A stretch of 64,000 nt of DNA from Octopus sinensis (Eukaryota). Below the pieces are notes generated by a model. The model saw nothing but the letters and a program-made list of their open reading frames with translations, was not told the origin of the DNA and did not search any database. The DNA is taken from contig NC_043001.1 of NCBI RefSeq assembly GCF_006345805.1, positions 83,638,001 through 83,702,000 of the forward strand, written 5' to 3'. Numbering within the stretch: the stretch's first letter is position 1; the number at the start of each line of letters is the position of its first letter. Shown piece after piece: positions 25,025 through 38,884 of this stretch. Made by a program: the position numbers and the translations under genes.

Positions 25025-26701
25025 TACATACATAGGTGCAAGTGCGGCTGTGTGGTAAGAAACTTGGTTCCAAAACACATGGTCCTGGGTTCAGTCCCAC
25101 TGAGCGGTAACTTGGCATGTACCCGATCGCGCGGTTAAACCATTGGGAGTGAAGGATTCCTAGCCTTTGTTAGGGCATCCTTCTAGGAGAAGGTAACTCT
25201 GGTAACTGGGATAACTCCGACATAAAACCTGCGGCTCAGTGGTTACCGACGATGTTGACTTATTCTTCTTTTCGGATTATGGCTGCTGTTGCTTAGTGAT
25301 AGAGATTGACTCAGTGCACAGCCTTTCCTCACTTTAAAAAAAATCTTCTTGCACAGGCATTGCACGATAACAACATTGATTAAGCTTCGTGCAATGGCCA
25401 TACTCGATAACGAGGGGGCAGCCACCATGTATGTATGTATGTATGTATGTATGTATGTATGTATGTATGTATGTATGTATGTATGTATGTATGTGTGTGT
25501 GTGTGTGTGTGTGCGTATGTAGTGGCTTAGTAGTTAGGGAGTATTCAGCTCGCGATCGTAGGGTCGTAAGTTCGATTCCCGGCGGCGCGTTGTGTCCTTG
25601 AGCATGACACTTTATTTTACGCTGGCAAAACATTAGCAGTACCTGTATTGCAAAGAACCAACATTGTCAGATTCTGTGTCATGCGAATCTCCCCAAGAGC
25701 TACGTTAAGTGTCTTTGGGGTGCTCAGCACGTTAATTTCACGAGCAGGTTGTTCCGTTGATGGGACCAACTGGAACCCTTGTCACAACCAGTGGGGTGTC
25801 AGGGAATCTATCTATCTATATAACTACAAACGTGCTGTTGGGGATTTCCCCCCTTCTTTGGATGTTTCCTTTACCGATGAAGGGTGATGCTCGAAACGTC
25901 AAAAACACTTTCTTTTTACTGAACGTCAAACTAATACGTACCATGTACAGTCTTCTTCTTGTTTGCTATTTTCAATGTTCGTTTATTCCTTTTGACTATG
26001 TGTGTGTGTGTGTGAAGGCGCATGGCCTAGTAGTTAGGGTGTTGAACTTTGATCTAAATAAATGAAAAAAAAATGTTCCTTCTCGAGCCATGCCAGGCTC
26101 ATAAGGGACGGTTTCCCGGTTTCAGTGGCGTAGAAATTCCCCACATGGACGGGACGCCGGTTCGTCGCAGGATTACTCATTTTTGCCAGCTGAGTGGACT
26201 GGAGCAACGTGAAATGAAGTGTTTTGCTCAAGAACACACCGCATCGCCCGGTCCAAGAATCGAAACCACAACCTTACGATCATGAGTTCAACACCCTAAC
26301 CACTAAGCTACGCGCCTCCACACTATTGATCTAGCAGTCGTAATTTCAATTCCTAGACCGCGTGGTGTATTGTGTTCTTGAGCAAAATACTTCATCTTAC
26401 GTTGTTCAGCGATCACTTCGACGCCTGACCTTCGAAACGTGGAGTAGATGAAACAAAGGCGACTGAAGAAGGGGAATTTTCCTTGTTTTGTATGTCCTGT
26501 ACTCTATTTTTTCGTTGTTTAAGAAAAATGTCCATTCCCTTGGTTTTGTGTTTATGTTTTCGTTTCTCATTGTGTTCGACATTTTTTTGGTGTCCTGTAC
26601 CCATATATGCATGTATATATTCATGTAGAGGTAGGTACGTACATATATGTGTGTATATATGCATATATTTTATTTATTTATTAATTTATATATATGTATA
26701 C

Positions 26702-26756
<55 letters not shown>

Positions 26757-27006
26757 TGGAGGCGCAATGGCCCACTGGTTTGAGCAGCGGACTCGCGGTC
26801 GTAGGATCGTGGTTTCGATTCCCACGAGGCTCTGGCAGGGGGTGGTGATGATCCCTGCTGTACTCTTTCGCCACAACTTTCTCTCACTCTTTCTTCTGTT
26901 GGCCTGCTCGCTTAGCCAGCGGGGTGGCGTCATTTGAAGGCTAAACAATGCGAAGCGCATTGTGACCAGCGATGTGTAGCAACATCTGATAGCCCGGTCG
27001 ATCATG

Positions 27007-27067
<61 letters not shown>

Positions 27068-29509
27068 GATAGATAGATACCAAAAGAGGAACGCAGTAAA
27101 GTACGACACGCAACCAGAAGTGAATTCCATATTGTACTCCAGTATTCAGAGTAGTACCACGTTGGGCAAGACTTTGCCCCCCCCCCCCCCCCATCACCCA
27201 TTTTAAAAACTTTCTTTTTTTTTTTTTCAACACAAATACGAATCTACCAAAAAACTGGCAAAAATCGACATTTCTAAATTAACACCCCCACCCCAATTTC
27301 CTTCATTTAAAACTTTCTTCAGAATTTTTTTTTTCTCAAAATATGCGGAAAAATATGGAGATTATGATTCTGAAAAAAAATTTCTAAAATTTTTGTAAAA
27401 TATTTTTTAACAATTTTTTCTTTTCGAAATATGCAGAAAAAATACGGACATCAGGATTCGGACAAAAATTTCAAAACATTTCTGTACTTACGGCTAGGGT
27501 TTTATGGTTAGGGTTAGGGTTTTAGGGTTAGTATTGTGGAAAAAAGTCAAAATTGAAGAAGTTGCGAGGAAACGGGGGTGGGAATTTTTGACAATTTTTC
27601 GGAACCACCGTATCCGAAAACGGATTTTTGGCAAAAAAAAAGAAAATTTTTAATAAACAAATTTGTGAGAAATGGAGTGGAAGGGACGGGTGGAAGTCTT
27701 TCCATGGGCAACAACCTCAGGATAGGCTGTTGTGCGGAATATGAGCCAAAAAATAGAAGAAATAATAATAAAAACAAGAAAACTTATGAAGTATCTAAAG
27801 CTTTATGGTGGATAACCGTGTTTCAATAAAGTTGTGTTTGTGTGTGTATATGAAATGTGTTAGTGTTTGTCTTACGCAAGAGTAATTCGGGGTGGGAATA
27901 CAACATTTCTGAAAAAGTGCCACGGACATCCGTGTGTAACAGCAAACGTGTAAGAATGTATAGTATATGATTTGCATGTGTTATTCTTTTATTATATTAT
28001 GCATTTCAGCCATGTTACTGTAGTAATGCAGGCGCACCAGGTTTATATATATATCATTTATTTATTATTTAATTAAATGCGACGCAGAAAGTAATGGCGA
28101 ACTTGTGCTGACTCTTTTGCCAAAACTTTCTCTAACTCTTTCCTCCTGCATCTTGCAGCTCACCTGCGACGGACCGGCGTCCCGTCTAGGTGGAGAACCT
28201 ATACGCCAGGAAAACCGGGAAACCGGCCCTTATGAGCCAGGCGTGGCTCGAGAAGGAACGAATGATATATATGGTTTCCTTGGCGTATAGGTTCCCCACC
28301 TGGACGGGAAGCAGGTCCGTTGCAGGTGAGCTGCAAGATGCAAGAGGAAAGAGTGAGAGAAAGTTGTGGCGAAAAAGTCAGCAGAAGTTCGTCATTACCT
28401 TCTACCGGAGCAGCGTGGAGCTTAGGTCTTTTCGCTCATAAACACACACATCGTCCGGTCTGAGATTCGAACCCGCGATCCCTCGACCGCGAGTCCGCGC
28501 TGCTCTAACCACTTGGCCATGTGCCTCCACATACACACACACACACACACATATTGCTTCCTGGGAGTGACACAAGTTCAAAATATGCCCGGCCACTTAT
28601 AATAAAGCACTCAAAGATAAGTTTGAATCTGCGTATGTATAGCAAAGCAAATAACAGAAAGTTTGAGTGAAGTTGACGCTAAAGAACGGAAATAAGTTAT
28701 AGAATGTGTGTGCGTATATATGTATATATGTATGTATGAATGAATGTTTACGACACTCACACGAACGCATATACAACCCTCCACACACACACACACATAT
28801 ATATATACAGAGAGAGAGAGAGAGAGAGAGAAAGGGACAAACATACGCACCCATACACATGTTCACACACACATTCCCACTCCGTCTATGTACACATACC
28901 AACACACACACACACACACACGCACATCCATTCACACAGCCTTCAGACTGCCTCTCAGACACCCTTCAAGCTGCCCCTACTCACTATTGACCATCCCATC
29001 TACGCATACGTGCAAAAACACATACACACTATCACAACCACCCATATGCACACCTGCCACCATAGTTGCTGAGCTCTCACTACGACATTAACAAACACAC
29101 ACAGACCACTCACACAAACACATGTAAACAGTTGATACAACACACACACACACACAGAGTTACTGCTACACACACACACGGTATCACACACACATGCAAC
29201 CACCATCACACGCACACACGCAGTTACTGCCATACGCACACACGCTACCATACACACACGCAATCACACACACATACCACCACATACACACAGATACCAA
29301 CCATTCTTCACTCTCTTGTCTCAGAAAGCCCTTTCTTTTTGTTCAACTACTTCCGGTTATTTCATAAATGTAACTACACGTGGACTGTTGGCGATTCACC
29401 CCCTCTTTCTTCCTTTTCGTTTGGACTCTCCTATGTCTCCTGTTTCCGAAGAAGAGCTTGGCACGAAACGTAAAACAACCACTCTTTCTTTTCCCTCTGA
29501 GTGTCTCAG

Positions 29510-31037
29510 CCGGAATTTAAAAAAAAAAAATAGTGCAATGGGTGTAAAAAAAATGCGTAGGAAACGAATATGAAAACAAAAATGCGCGGAAAGCAACGGT
29601 GGGTGTGGGAAGAGGACATTGGAAAATTCACAAGATCCGAGTTTTCCTTCATAACTTTTAGGAAAATGGGTTTTTTTAATGAAATTTTATATAAATACTT
29701 TCCAAAAGGCATAGATTATAATTATAAAGAAATTTGTGGGGAAAATCTTTTCCGAAGGGGTGGGAAGAGGACTTCGGAAAATTCACAAGATCCGAGTTTT
29801 TTGCCCATAACTTTGAGGAAAATAAATATTTAAAAATGAAATTGTATATAAATACCTTTCAAACGACATGCATTATGGATGTCTAATGTGCCGTAAACCC
29901 CTTATTTTTTGTTCGGAAAAAAAAAGCGCGCGGGGTGGGGGGATTATTGGAAAATATTGTTTTTTTTTCGATGAATGAATTACGGTGCCATAAAACACTT
30001 TTTTCTTTTTGTCCGCAAAATGGGGGCAGCTTCTGTCTTTAAAATTTCGTGAAATTTTTACAAGTGCGCCTTTACCATAATTAGGAATCCGAAGAAACTT
30101 TTTCAAAAAATGCGTTTTTGGAGGTGAGGTGCGAAACTGCATTAGCCCCCCCCCCTATTTTACCCATATTTTAAGATAGCATTTTGCAGAAATACGTTTT
30201 CTAGAGTGTGGATTACATTTGACTGAAAATTCAAACAAGTTTGAAAAGAATAATTAGTGAAAATGCTGAAGTGATAAAAATTAGTGGTAACGAAATCTGG
30301 ACAAGAGAGACAAAGGATGATACAAAATCCTTATAAAAGCTACGTCAGTGTTTGCGTGTGTATGAAACAAGTAAAAGTATAATATTAAAACAAAATATCT
30401 TTTATATACTTCTTAAAAATCACTGGATATATTGATTGCAGATTGTGGCATATTCGGTCACCGTAATTCATTCCGGTTCTTACCTCCCCACTTTTTTCCG
30501 AACAAAAATAAGGGTTTAGTGGCACATTAAGCATCTGTGATGCATGCCGTTTGAAAGGTATACATATACAATATCATTAAAAGATATCCATTTTCCCTAA
30601 AGTTGCGAGGAAAAAAATCGGATCTTGTGAATTTTCCAAAAGTCCTCTCCCCACCCACAAATTTCTCTATAACCGTAATGTATGCCGTTTGAAAGGTAGT
30701 TATATAAAATTTCATTAAAAAAAAAATCCATTTCCCTAACAGTTATGAGGAAAAAACTCGGATCTTGTGAATTTTCCGAAGTCCTCTCCCCACCCCATCG
30801 GGAAAAGATTTTCCCCATAAATTTCTTTATAATCATATTCTATGTCGTTTGAAAGGTATTCATATAAAATTTCACTAAAAAAGATCCCCATTTTCCGAGG
30901 GAAAAACTCGGATCATGTGAATTTTCCGAAGTCCTCTCCCCCAGCCCCGTTGCTTTCTATGCATTTTTGTTTTCATATTCGTCTTCTATACATTTTTTTT
31001 ACACCCGTTGCACTATTTGTTTTATTTCATTTCCGGG
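29510..31037. mobile_element. Large foldback element with ~450-550-bp modular inverted arms
   Basis: 29510-29930 mirrors 30480-31037. The arms are built of repeated GGAAAATTCACAAGATCCGAG...GAAATTTTATATAAATAC modules. Related pieces at 35230-35740. Confidence 0.7.
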
Positions 31038-31088
31038 AAATATTGTAAACATTAACCCGTCTCATTAAATCTTAGCATGCACTTCGTA

Positions 31089-31596
31089 CCGTAAATCTTC
31101 GAGTATAATCCGCATTTTTCCCCAAAATTTAAAGGTCAAAATCCCTAGTGCATACTATATACGAGGTTAAAAATGAAAAATATTTTCTAAGCAATATCAG
31201 AGTCTCTATTTGCTGTCCGGCAATGTTTATTCAGACGCATTTTGTGATGTCGGGCGCAAAAATACCTTAAGCTAAGCCTGAAAGCAATGAAGTCATAAAA
31301 TAATCACCCATAACTTGTTGTAAGCAACATTTATTAAAATAAAAAGTATTCAGAACACAGAATAACAACATGTAACAAAAACAATTTGAAAACATATTCA
31401 CATTCCCATATAACAGTTAAGAACATCACCATTATTGTATTACGCATGCGCAGAAGTTTTTGTTCGACTAGGTGTTGCTGGCTTCATTACGCACGACTCA
31501 AGTTAGAGAAGGGGTGCGTCTTATACACAAGGTTTAGATTTTTCAGATGTACAACCCCCTAAAATTCCCCTGCGTATTATACTCGAGGATTTACGG
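31089..31596. mobile_element. Pogo/Tigger-like MITE
   Basis: TIRs CCGTAAATCTTCGAGTATAAT / ATTATACTCGAGGATTTACGG with TA on both sides. Confidence 0.8.
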
Positions 31597-32063
31597 TACT
31601 CGCGTTGTTTTTTTCCTCCTCTTTTTTTTTTTAAATTACGTTTTTGGATTTGGTTTGCAAGATTCTTTATGTGAATTCGTGTGTTGAAGCATATTCTGTT
31701 GTGTCTGGGAGAGTCATTCTTTTTTAATGCCTTATGATTTAACACACTCACCAGTAAAATTTCCACTTATTTACTTATTTATTTTCCTACAATTTTCGTT
31801 GCGTCTTGCAAACTTCTCAACAGTTGTTGACTCTGTCCGTTCGTTATTCAAGCTGCGCTCTTTTTGTTTGTTTGTGCGCATGTGTGTGGGTCAGCGTGTG
31901 TGTGCATACACATGTGTGTATGTATGCTTGTATGCATATATATATGCATGCATTCAAATGTGTGTATGCATGTGTGTATGTGCGTATGTATATATAATAT
32001 GTATGTGTATACGTTGGTATGTTTGTATTCTGCATATTCATGTGTTTGTGTGCCTCTGTCTCC

Positions 32064-32098
<35 letters not shown>

Positions 32099-32413
32099 GG
32101 TTTTTGTGACTATGTACTGTGTCTGTATATATGGTTGTATATCAGTGGACATGTGTCTCCATATGTGTCCTTGTGTGAAGTGTGTGTGTATATGGTCATG
32201 TGTTTCAGTCTTCATTTGCGTATGTGTGCTTGTCTGTTCATATTACCTATGTACCTATCTGTCTGTATGTCTATCTGTTTACTTTCATATCCATTTGCCT
32301 ACATACATGTGCATATACATATACACACACATACATACATCCACATAACAGCCCACTAACTAGTCTACATGTACATAAATATAAACTGTGGGTATGGGGG
32401 GTATGATTACCTA

Positions 32414-32836
32414 CTACGTATATTTCCTTTTTAGTACTTGGGATGTTTCATTTATGAGGACGTACTCCTGTATTTGTCTGAGGGTTGGGTCCTTTGGATG
32501 CTTAGATAAAACGCGGATGTCAAGTTGACCCAGGTTACCTCCATGTTGGTCCTTGGCGTATTGGTAGAGTATGGTGGACTGTTTTTCGTTGTCATATTCT
32601 CTTAAATGTTCATTTAGTCTTTCCACAATGCTCCTAGATGTCTCTCCTATGTGTGTCATGTTCATGTCTTTATAAGCACCTTCTATGCATCTTATGTTGT
32701 ATACTACATTACTTGTTCTACAGTTAATGCCAGGGCTAATCCTACATACCATGCAGTTATCATTGATGCATATGGTATTCTCAAAGGGGTGCGTCCTACA
32801 TAGTTGTGATCTGATGGATTTCCCTGGCTTATGCAT
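32414..32836 (-). pseudogene. Penelope-like element GIY-YIG endonuclease fragment
   Basis: C..NCMVC...NCRTSNVVYNIRC....HIGETSRSIVERLNEH...R.IQE..LI matches the PLE pattern VVY..C..YIGET.R.L..R..EH with an upstream Cys linker. Confidence 0.85.
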
Positions 32837-32971
32837 CTGAACGAAACGTTAGTCGAGTATATGGTGTTGTTACTCAGGCACTTAGTTATGAGTCCACCGT
32901 ATCCAATAGCGGAAACAGCTGTAAGCTAATAAGGTTCATAAGATAATTGTTTATTCCTTTGTCATCTACTA

Positions 32972-33000
<29 letters not shown>

Positions 33001-33002
<2 letters not shown>

Positions 33003-33220
33003 TTCTTTACTACCCACAAGGGGCTAAACACAGAGAGGACAAACAAGGACAGACAAATGGATTAAGTCGATTACATCGATCCCAGTGCGTAACTGGTACT
33101 TAATTTATCGACCCTGAAAGGATGAAAGGCAAAGTCGACCTCGGCAGAATTTGAACTCAGAACGTAACGGTAGACGAAATACCGCTATGCATTTCGCCCG
33201 ACGCGCTAACGTTTCTGCCA
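33001..33220 (-). mobile_element. tRNA-derived SINE family B
   Basis: Consensus GGCGAGCTGGCAGAAACGTTAGC..GAGTTCAAATTC..GCCTTTCATCCTTTCGGGGTCGATAAA. Copies at 38190-38575, 39445-39637, 41640-41868, 43548-43773, 47345-47531, 51450-51615, 60000-60575, 60799-61230 and 63470-63680. Confidence 0.88.
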
Positions 33221-33940
33221 CTGTTGTTGTGGACGGGTCCTCACTTTACAGGCTTCCATGGCCTTTCTTGCCGCTTGAATGCTGGTCGCTTCGCTTGTCA
33301 TACGGAGTTGAACCTGATACTCAAGAGAATCTTGGCTCGGGTAAACATCCCCTCCATCTTGGAACCATCTGGATTGTCCAGATGTGATGGGAAGAGACCT
33401 GACGGCCTCACCTTGTGCCTCTGATCGCAAGGCAGATGCCTTTTCTGGGACGTAACAGTTAGTGACTCCTTTGCTTCTTTGCACATCCTGGATGCTGCGG
33501 TCAGGGCGAGATCCACAGCTTCTGCGGCCGAGCGGAACAAAATCCTGAAATACCGCGATCGGCCAACTACATCTTCCATCCTGCGGGGTTCGAGACGTTT
33601 GGTGGGGTCGGACCACTAACTGCGAGATTCCTGCCTTCACTGGCAACTCGCTTGGCTGTTCCAGCGCATCAGCCTAGCCATCATACGCAGAAACGCTGTA
33701 AGCGTGCTGGCATGCCCCAATCGCCATTAGAGAGGTTTCCCAGCGCCCCAACTTTTCAACATAAGGTGGTGAATTATTCTGTGTTTTTCTTTTTTCTCGT
33801 TTTTCTTTTCTCTTTTTTCTTTTTAATTCTTTCAATTGCGTTCTCTGTTATGTCTAATTTTCTAGTTTAATTTTGTAAAACGGTAAACACTGTGAAGATT
33901 TTCGACCTAGTTTGCAGATTGTCATCAGTTTAATAAATCT
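33221..33940 (+). mobile_element. 3' fragment of an RLE-type non-LTR retrotransposon (CRE-like)
   Basis: [71 protein letters not shown] has the RH/RPD/WD-T/E..K..KY layout of a restriction-like endonuclease. Confidence 0.8.
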
Positions 33941-34665
33941 TACTTACAAAGTGTATCAGTCATTTGACTGCGGCCATTCTGGAGCACTGCCTTTAGTCGA
34001 ACAAATCGACCCCAGGACTTATTCTATGTAAGCTTAGTATTTATTCTATCAGTCTCTTTTGCCGAACCGCTAAGTTACGGGGACGTAAACACATCAACTT
34101 CGGTTGTCAAGCGATGGTGGGAAGACAAAAACAGACACATACACACACACACACATATATATATATATGTATACGACGGGCTTCTTGCAGTTTCCATCTA
34201 CCAAATCCACTCACAAGGCTTTGGTCGGCCCGACATTATAGAAGACACTTGCCCAAGGAGCCACGCAGTGAGACTGAACTATGCACACAGCCACGCCTGC
34301 GCCTATAGCAGAATACTCTTGCTCAAGGAGCCACGCAGAGAGACCGAACTCGGAACCATATGGTTAGGAAGCAACCATCTTACCATACATCCACGCCTGT
34401 CGTAACGTGGTCCAACTGCGTGCCTGGAATAAGGCAAGTGCTGAGAGAGAGGGCACGGCATATATTTATATTTAATGTAATTGCTCTTTTTGCTTTCTTT
34501 TGAAATTTTCTATTTCAGTGCAAACTCCCCTATGGCCCCGATCATGCTGCGTCACCATTTTTTCACATATAAATTGTGCCTATTATAATTTTTACGTATT
34601 TGTAAACGAACCTCTAAAACAATGGTAGAAATAAGTTGCTTTTTTTTTCTTTTTTTTTTGTAAAA

Positions 34666-34855
34666 GGCGTAGGAGTGGCTGTGTGGTAAGTAGCTTGTTT
34701 ACCAACCACATGGTTCCGGGTTCAGTCCCACTGCGTGGCACCTTGGGCAAGTGTCTTCTACTATAGCCTCGGGCCGACCAAAGCCTTGTGAGTGGATTTG
34801 GTAGACGGAAACTGAAAGAAGCCCATCGTATATATGTATATATATATATATATGT

Positions 34856-34908
<53 letters not shown>

Positions 34909-35121
34909 TGTGTCTGTGTTTGTCCCCCTAGCATTGCTTGACAACCGATGCTGGTGTGTTTATGTCCCTGTTACTTAGCGGTTCGGCAAAAGAGACCGAT
35001 AGAATAAGTACTGGGCTTACAAAAGAATAAGTCCCGGGGTCGAGTTGCTCGATTAAAGGCAGTGCTCCAGCATGGCCGCAGTCAAATGACTGAAACAAGT
35101 AAAAGAGTAAAGAGTAAAAGA
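34666..35121 (+). mobile_element. Full-length tRNA-derived SINE family A with internal (TA)n(TG)n
   Basis: A box TGGCTGTGTGG, B box GTTCAGTCC, CCTTGGGCAAGT and tail (AAAGAGT)n. Many copies in the window, e.g. 33955-34400, 39865-40030 and 55570-55950. Confidence 0.9.
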
Positions 35122-35828
35122 GAGAGCTGAATTTTATTTTAACAAGAAAATTTCGGAGTATTACTGACCAATCTAGTGGAAAGTTTGGCGTGAAAAAAGC
35201 ATGATTGGGTGTGTGTCACAAACACGGTGGTGGTGGTGGTGGGGGGGGGGGGTGGACTCGGATAATTCACACGATCCAGTAACTCGGGTCAAACACTGGA
35301 GTTTAAAGGTCAAGGTCTGAATTTTCGGAGTCCTCTCCTTCCGCCCCCACCCCGTTCGCCAGCGTGCAGTTTTTTTTTTTTTTCATTTTCGTTTACTACA
35401 TGTTGTTTTATACCTATTACACTATTTTTTTTTCTCATTTTTGTGACTGGATGTCGAAGTAGGGTTACTGGATCGTGTCTATTATCCGAGTCCGCACCCC
35501 CAACACACATCACAAGAATTGAAAAAAAAAATAGTGTACTAGGTGTAAAATAATATTCAGTAAACGAATATGAAGAAAAAAAATTTCGCCGACGGACGAG
35601 GAAATGGTGAGAGGACTTGGAACATTCCCGATGTGAATTTTCCGAGTCCTCTCCCCGCCCCCGTTCGCCAGCGCGCATTTTTTTCCATATTCGTTTACTA
35701 CATTTTGTTGTACACCCATTGCACTATTTTCTTTCTTTTTTTGCTTCGGTCAAACACTTTAGTTTGACCGAATTTTTGTGTGCATTGTTGCTTATTTTTG
35801 TCGTATGAATCATAAGAATGTTTCTGAA

Positions 35829-36256
35829 CAGCGCTGGATTAACCATTAAGCAAAATAAGCACGTGCTTAGGGAATCAAGGGAAGGAGGGGGGGTCACCAC
35901 AGAAATGGTAAATGGCTTACGGCACAAAAGAAATCACTTTAAACCTGTTTAAAATAATATTCGGGATGCCTTCATCTCTACTAAGTATAGAATGCAGATG
36001 TGTTACTTAAGAATAATTTTGAGGATCTGATCAAAGACTTTGCAATTCAAAGAAGTAGGAAGAAAATTTCAAATATAAATAAAGTAGAAGTATACAAATA
36101 TAAACATTATTTTCCCCTGTAACTGTTTAGTTTCGTTTTGAAAAATAATTTATTTTATGGTTTGCTATTGATTATATTTTGAATTACACAATCTTTTATG
36201 AGGGCACCAAACTCTTTTAAGTGCTTAGGGCCTCGATGGGTCTTTATCCGGCCCTG
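35829..36256. mobile_element. hAT-like non-autonomous element
   Basis: Ends CAGCGCTGGATTA / TATCCGGCCCTG with subterminal GTGCTTAGGG motifs. No clear TSD. Confidence 0.6.
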
Positions 36257-36610
36257 GCCGAGAAGGAACCCAAACAGAAACATACGCTAGAGAATTTCAA
36301 GTTCATAATTCTGCTGTACACGCGTGAAAATTTTGGCAAAGGTACTCGCTAAACAGGAGGAAAGAGGGAAGCAGGGCTGGTCCTTTTGATGCCATTGATT
36401 GCCATGGTAACATCGGATCAGTAGGGTTCTTCGATTGTTCCTAGGCCAATATCCTATTCTTTTATGGGGGCACAAAAGTCTCTAAATGCTCAGCGCTTCA
36501 GTGTCTGAATGTGTGTATGATTATATCACATCGTTTCAGATTTTTGTGATTGTTGTTAATATTTTTCAGTGTGGTGGTGTTGTCTTTTTTTTCTAGATGG
36601 GTAGATAGAG

Positions 36611-36693
<83 letters not shown>

Positions 36694-36699
36694 CATACA

Positions 36700-36731
<32 letters not shown>

Positions 36732-36777
36732 CATACATACATACATGTATTTTCTCTCCCTATTTATTTCTATGTTC

Positions 36778-36813
36778 CTTTCTGCTGAAGAGCGTAGGCT
36801 CGAAACGTAAAAA
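36778..36813 (+). ncRNA. Degenerate minimal HHR-like motif in a Penelope-like terminal fragment
   Basis: CTTT-CTGCTGA-A-GAGC gtag GCTC-GAAA-CGTA^AAAG. The core deviates from CUGANGA at one position. Confidence 0.45.
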
Positions 36814-36902
36814 GACTTTTTCGCTTCCCGAGCGTTAAACTAATACATCTGTTCGTTGTTTACACACACGTCGTCTTTTTTTTTGTAAATTCTCACTATA
36901 TA

Positions 36903-36938
<36 letters not shown>

Positions 36939-36944
36939 TGTATG

Positions 36945-36999
<55 letters not shown>

Positions 37000-37767
37000 G
37001 TATATGTGTATATGAACACAATAATTCAACAACAACAACAATACCGCGTCTGCCAAAGTACCAGTTACGACCTGAGAAAGTGAAAGTAGTACGTTATAGC
37101 GAAAGATCACCCAGGGCTAACCTATCTAATCTATCCTTTCCGTTTTTTTATATTCACACAGGAGTTGGATAAAATAATGGAAACACCTAGCATCATAATT
37201 TTGAAATAAGCTTGTTTATTTTTATGTTTTTTTTATATCTATTATTAGTGTTGCTTAATATGAAAGTTGTCTCGTCTGTGAATATACTGTCTTCTCTTTC
37301 ATTTTTTTCTTTCTTTTATTTTATTTGTTAGGTACTGTATTATATTTATAAGTTCATCTCTATAGATTTTCTATAGAGTTCGGAGCCAGCACTGAAAGTT
37401 ACGTTTCGTATATGAATAAGCCTATGTACATAATGGAAGATAGTAAAAGTAGGTGATGAGTGTATATGCACATTTCAAGAGTTATTGCTCTTTCATCAGC
37501 ACCACATCCAACTCATCAACTATTTACGAACACATTGCTTAAATACCCACAAAATTTAGCGATGTAACACAATAGGAGAGACCAACAGACATATCAAGCA
37601 CATTCCTGGCAACTGGTATGAAAATATTAATTGCTAGCAAAGACACAGTATTTTGCTCTGCAACCATAATATACTACCAAGTAGATGAAAGAATTACAAG
37701 TCAATATCGTGCCTTACTTTTGTGTTAGCAGTGCATTATTTTCATTTTAAAGTTTATTTCTTTAGAA

Positions 37768-38143
37768 CAGCGCTTCTTAAACTACGGGTCGCGACCCCAA
37801 ATGGGTCGAAATGCTGGGAGCGCGAAAATTAAATTCAAACACTTGAATTTCAGTTTATATGTTATTTCACAAATGCACAATATTTAACGTGATGCGCCCA
37901 CGCAAGCGCTGCGGCAATAAAACGCGCGTGCGGCGCCGTTGCGACCAGTGCTGTGACAACGTGTGTATTTTTCAGTGTAGTTGGTTGTGTTCATTTCAAT
38001 AAGTGTATAGATAACAATACATATTTTATTCGATTGGTTTATGTATTTATTTGTATGTTTTATTTCATATTAAATATTTGGGGTCGTGAAAAGTCTTGTG
38101 ATGAAAAATGGGGTTATGAATGAAAAAAATTTAAGAAGCGCTG
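37768..38143. mobile_element. hAT (Charlie-like) MITE
   Basis: TIRs CAGCGCTTCTTAAA / TTTAAGAAGCGCTG. Exact 8-bp TSD CTTTAGAA. Confidence 0.88.
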
Positions 38144-38884
38144 CTTTAGAAGATGAAAAGCTGACTGCTACTTCTAGTAGATTGGTTCCAAATTTTGGCA
38201 CAAGGCCAACAAGTTCGGGGGATGGGTAAGCCAAATGCATCAACCCCAGTGTTCAACTGGTATATATTTTAATCGACCTTGAAATGATGAAAGGAAAAGT
38301 CGACCTCGGCAGGTCTAGAACTCAGAACGTAAAGACGAACGAAATACCTATTTCTTTACTACCCACAAGGGGCTAAACACAGAGAGGACAAACAAGGACA
38401 GACAAACGGATTAAGTCGATTATATCGACCCCAGTGCGTAACTGGTACTTAATTTATCGACCCCGAAAGGATGAAAGGCAAAATCGACCTCGGCGGAATT
38501 TGAACTCAGAATGTAGCGGCAGACGAAATATCGCTAAACATTTCGCCCGGCGCGCTAACGATTCTGCCAGCTCGACAAACGAAATACCGTTATGCATTTT
38601 GCTCGGCGTTTGTCCTCTCTGTGTTTAGCCCCTTGTGGTTAGTAAAGAAATAGGTTCTCTCGTTTCGTAAGTGATGTTGGTGGGGATGAAAAATGAATTG
38701 CAAGAAGGAAAAGGAAATATAAGTCGTGAGACGGGGTGGAAAGAGAGGAAATGGGAAAGTAATATTGTATATGAGAGGGATGGGATCAGCGATAGAACGA
38801 CATGAAAGAGACGGAAGGGGAGCAGTACAGAACGTCCATAAATTACCTTTAGAAGTGGTAAATTTCAGACAAAAAAAAACAAAT

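Noticed and set aside
27493-27532. Telomeric TTAGGG repeats
   Set aside because: Only a few degenerate units inside a repeat-like segment; not a telomere.
31727-32359. Long 210-aa ORF and similar C/V/Y/I- or H/T-rich ORFs
   Set aside because: These are translations of (TG)n/(TA)n microsatellites.
36287-36475. Sushi-like peptide (RCYHGNQW..QPC)
   Set aside because: Short, bounded by stops and only weakly similar.
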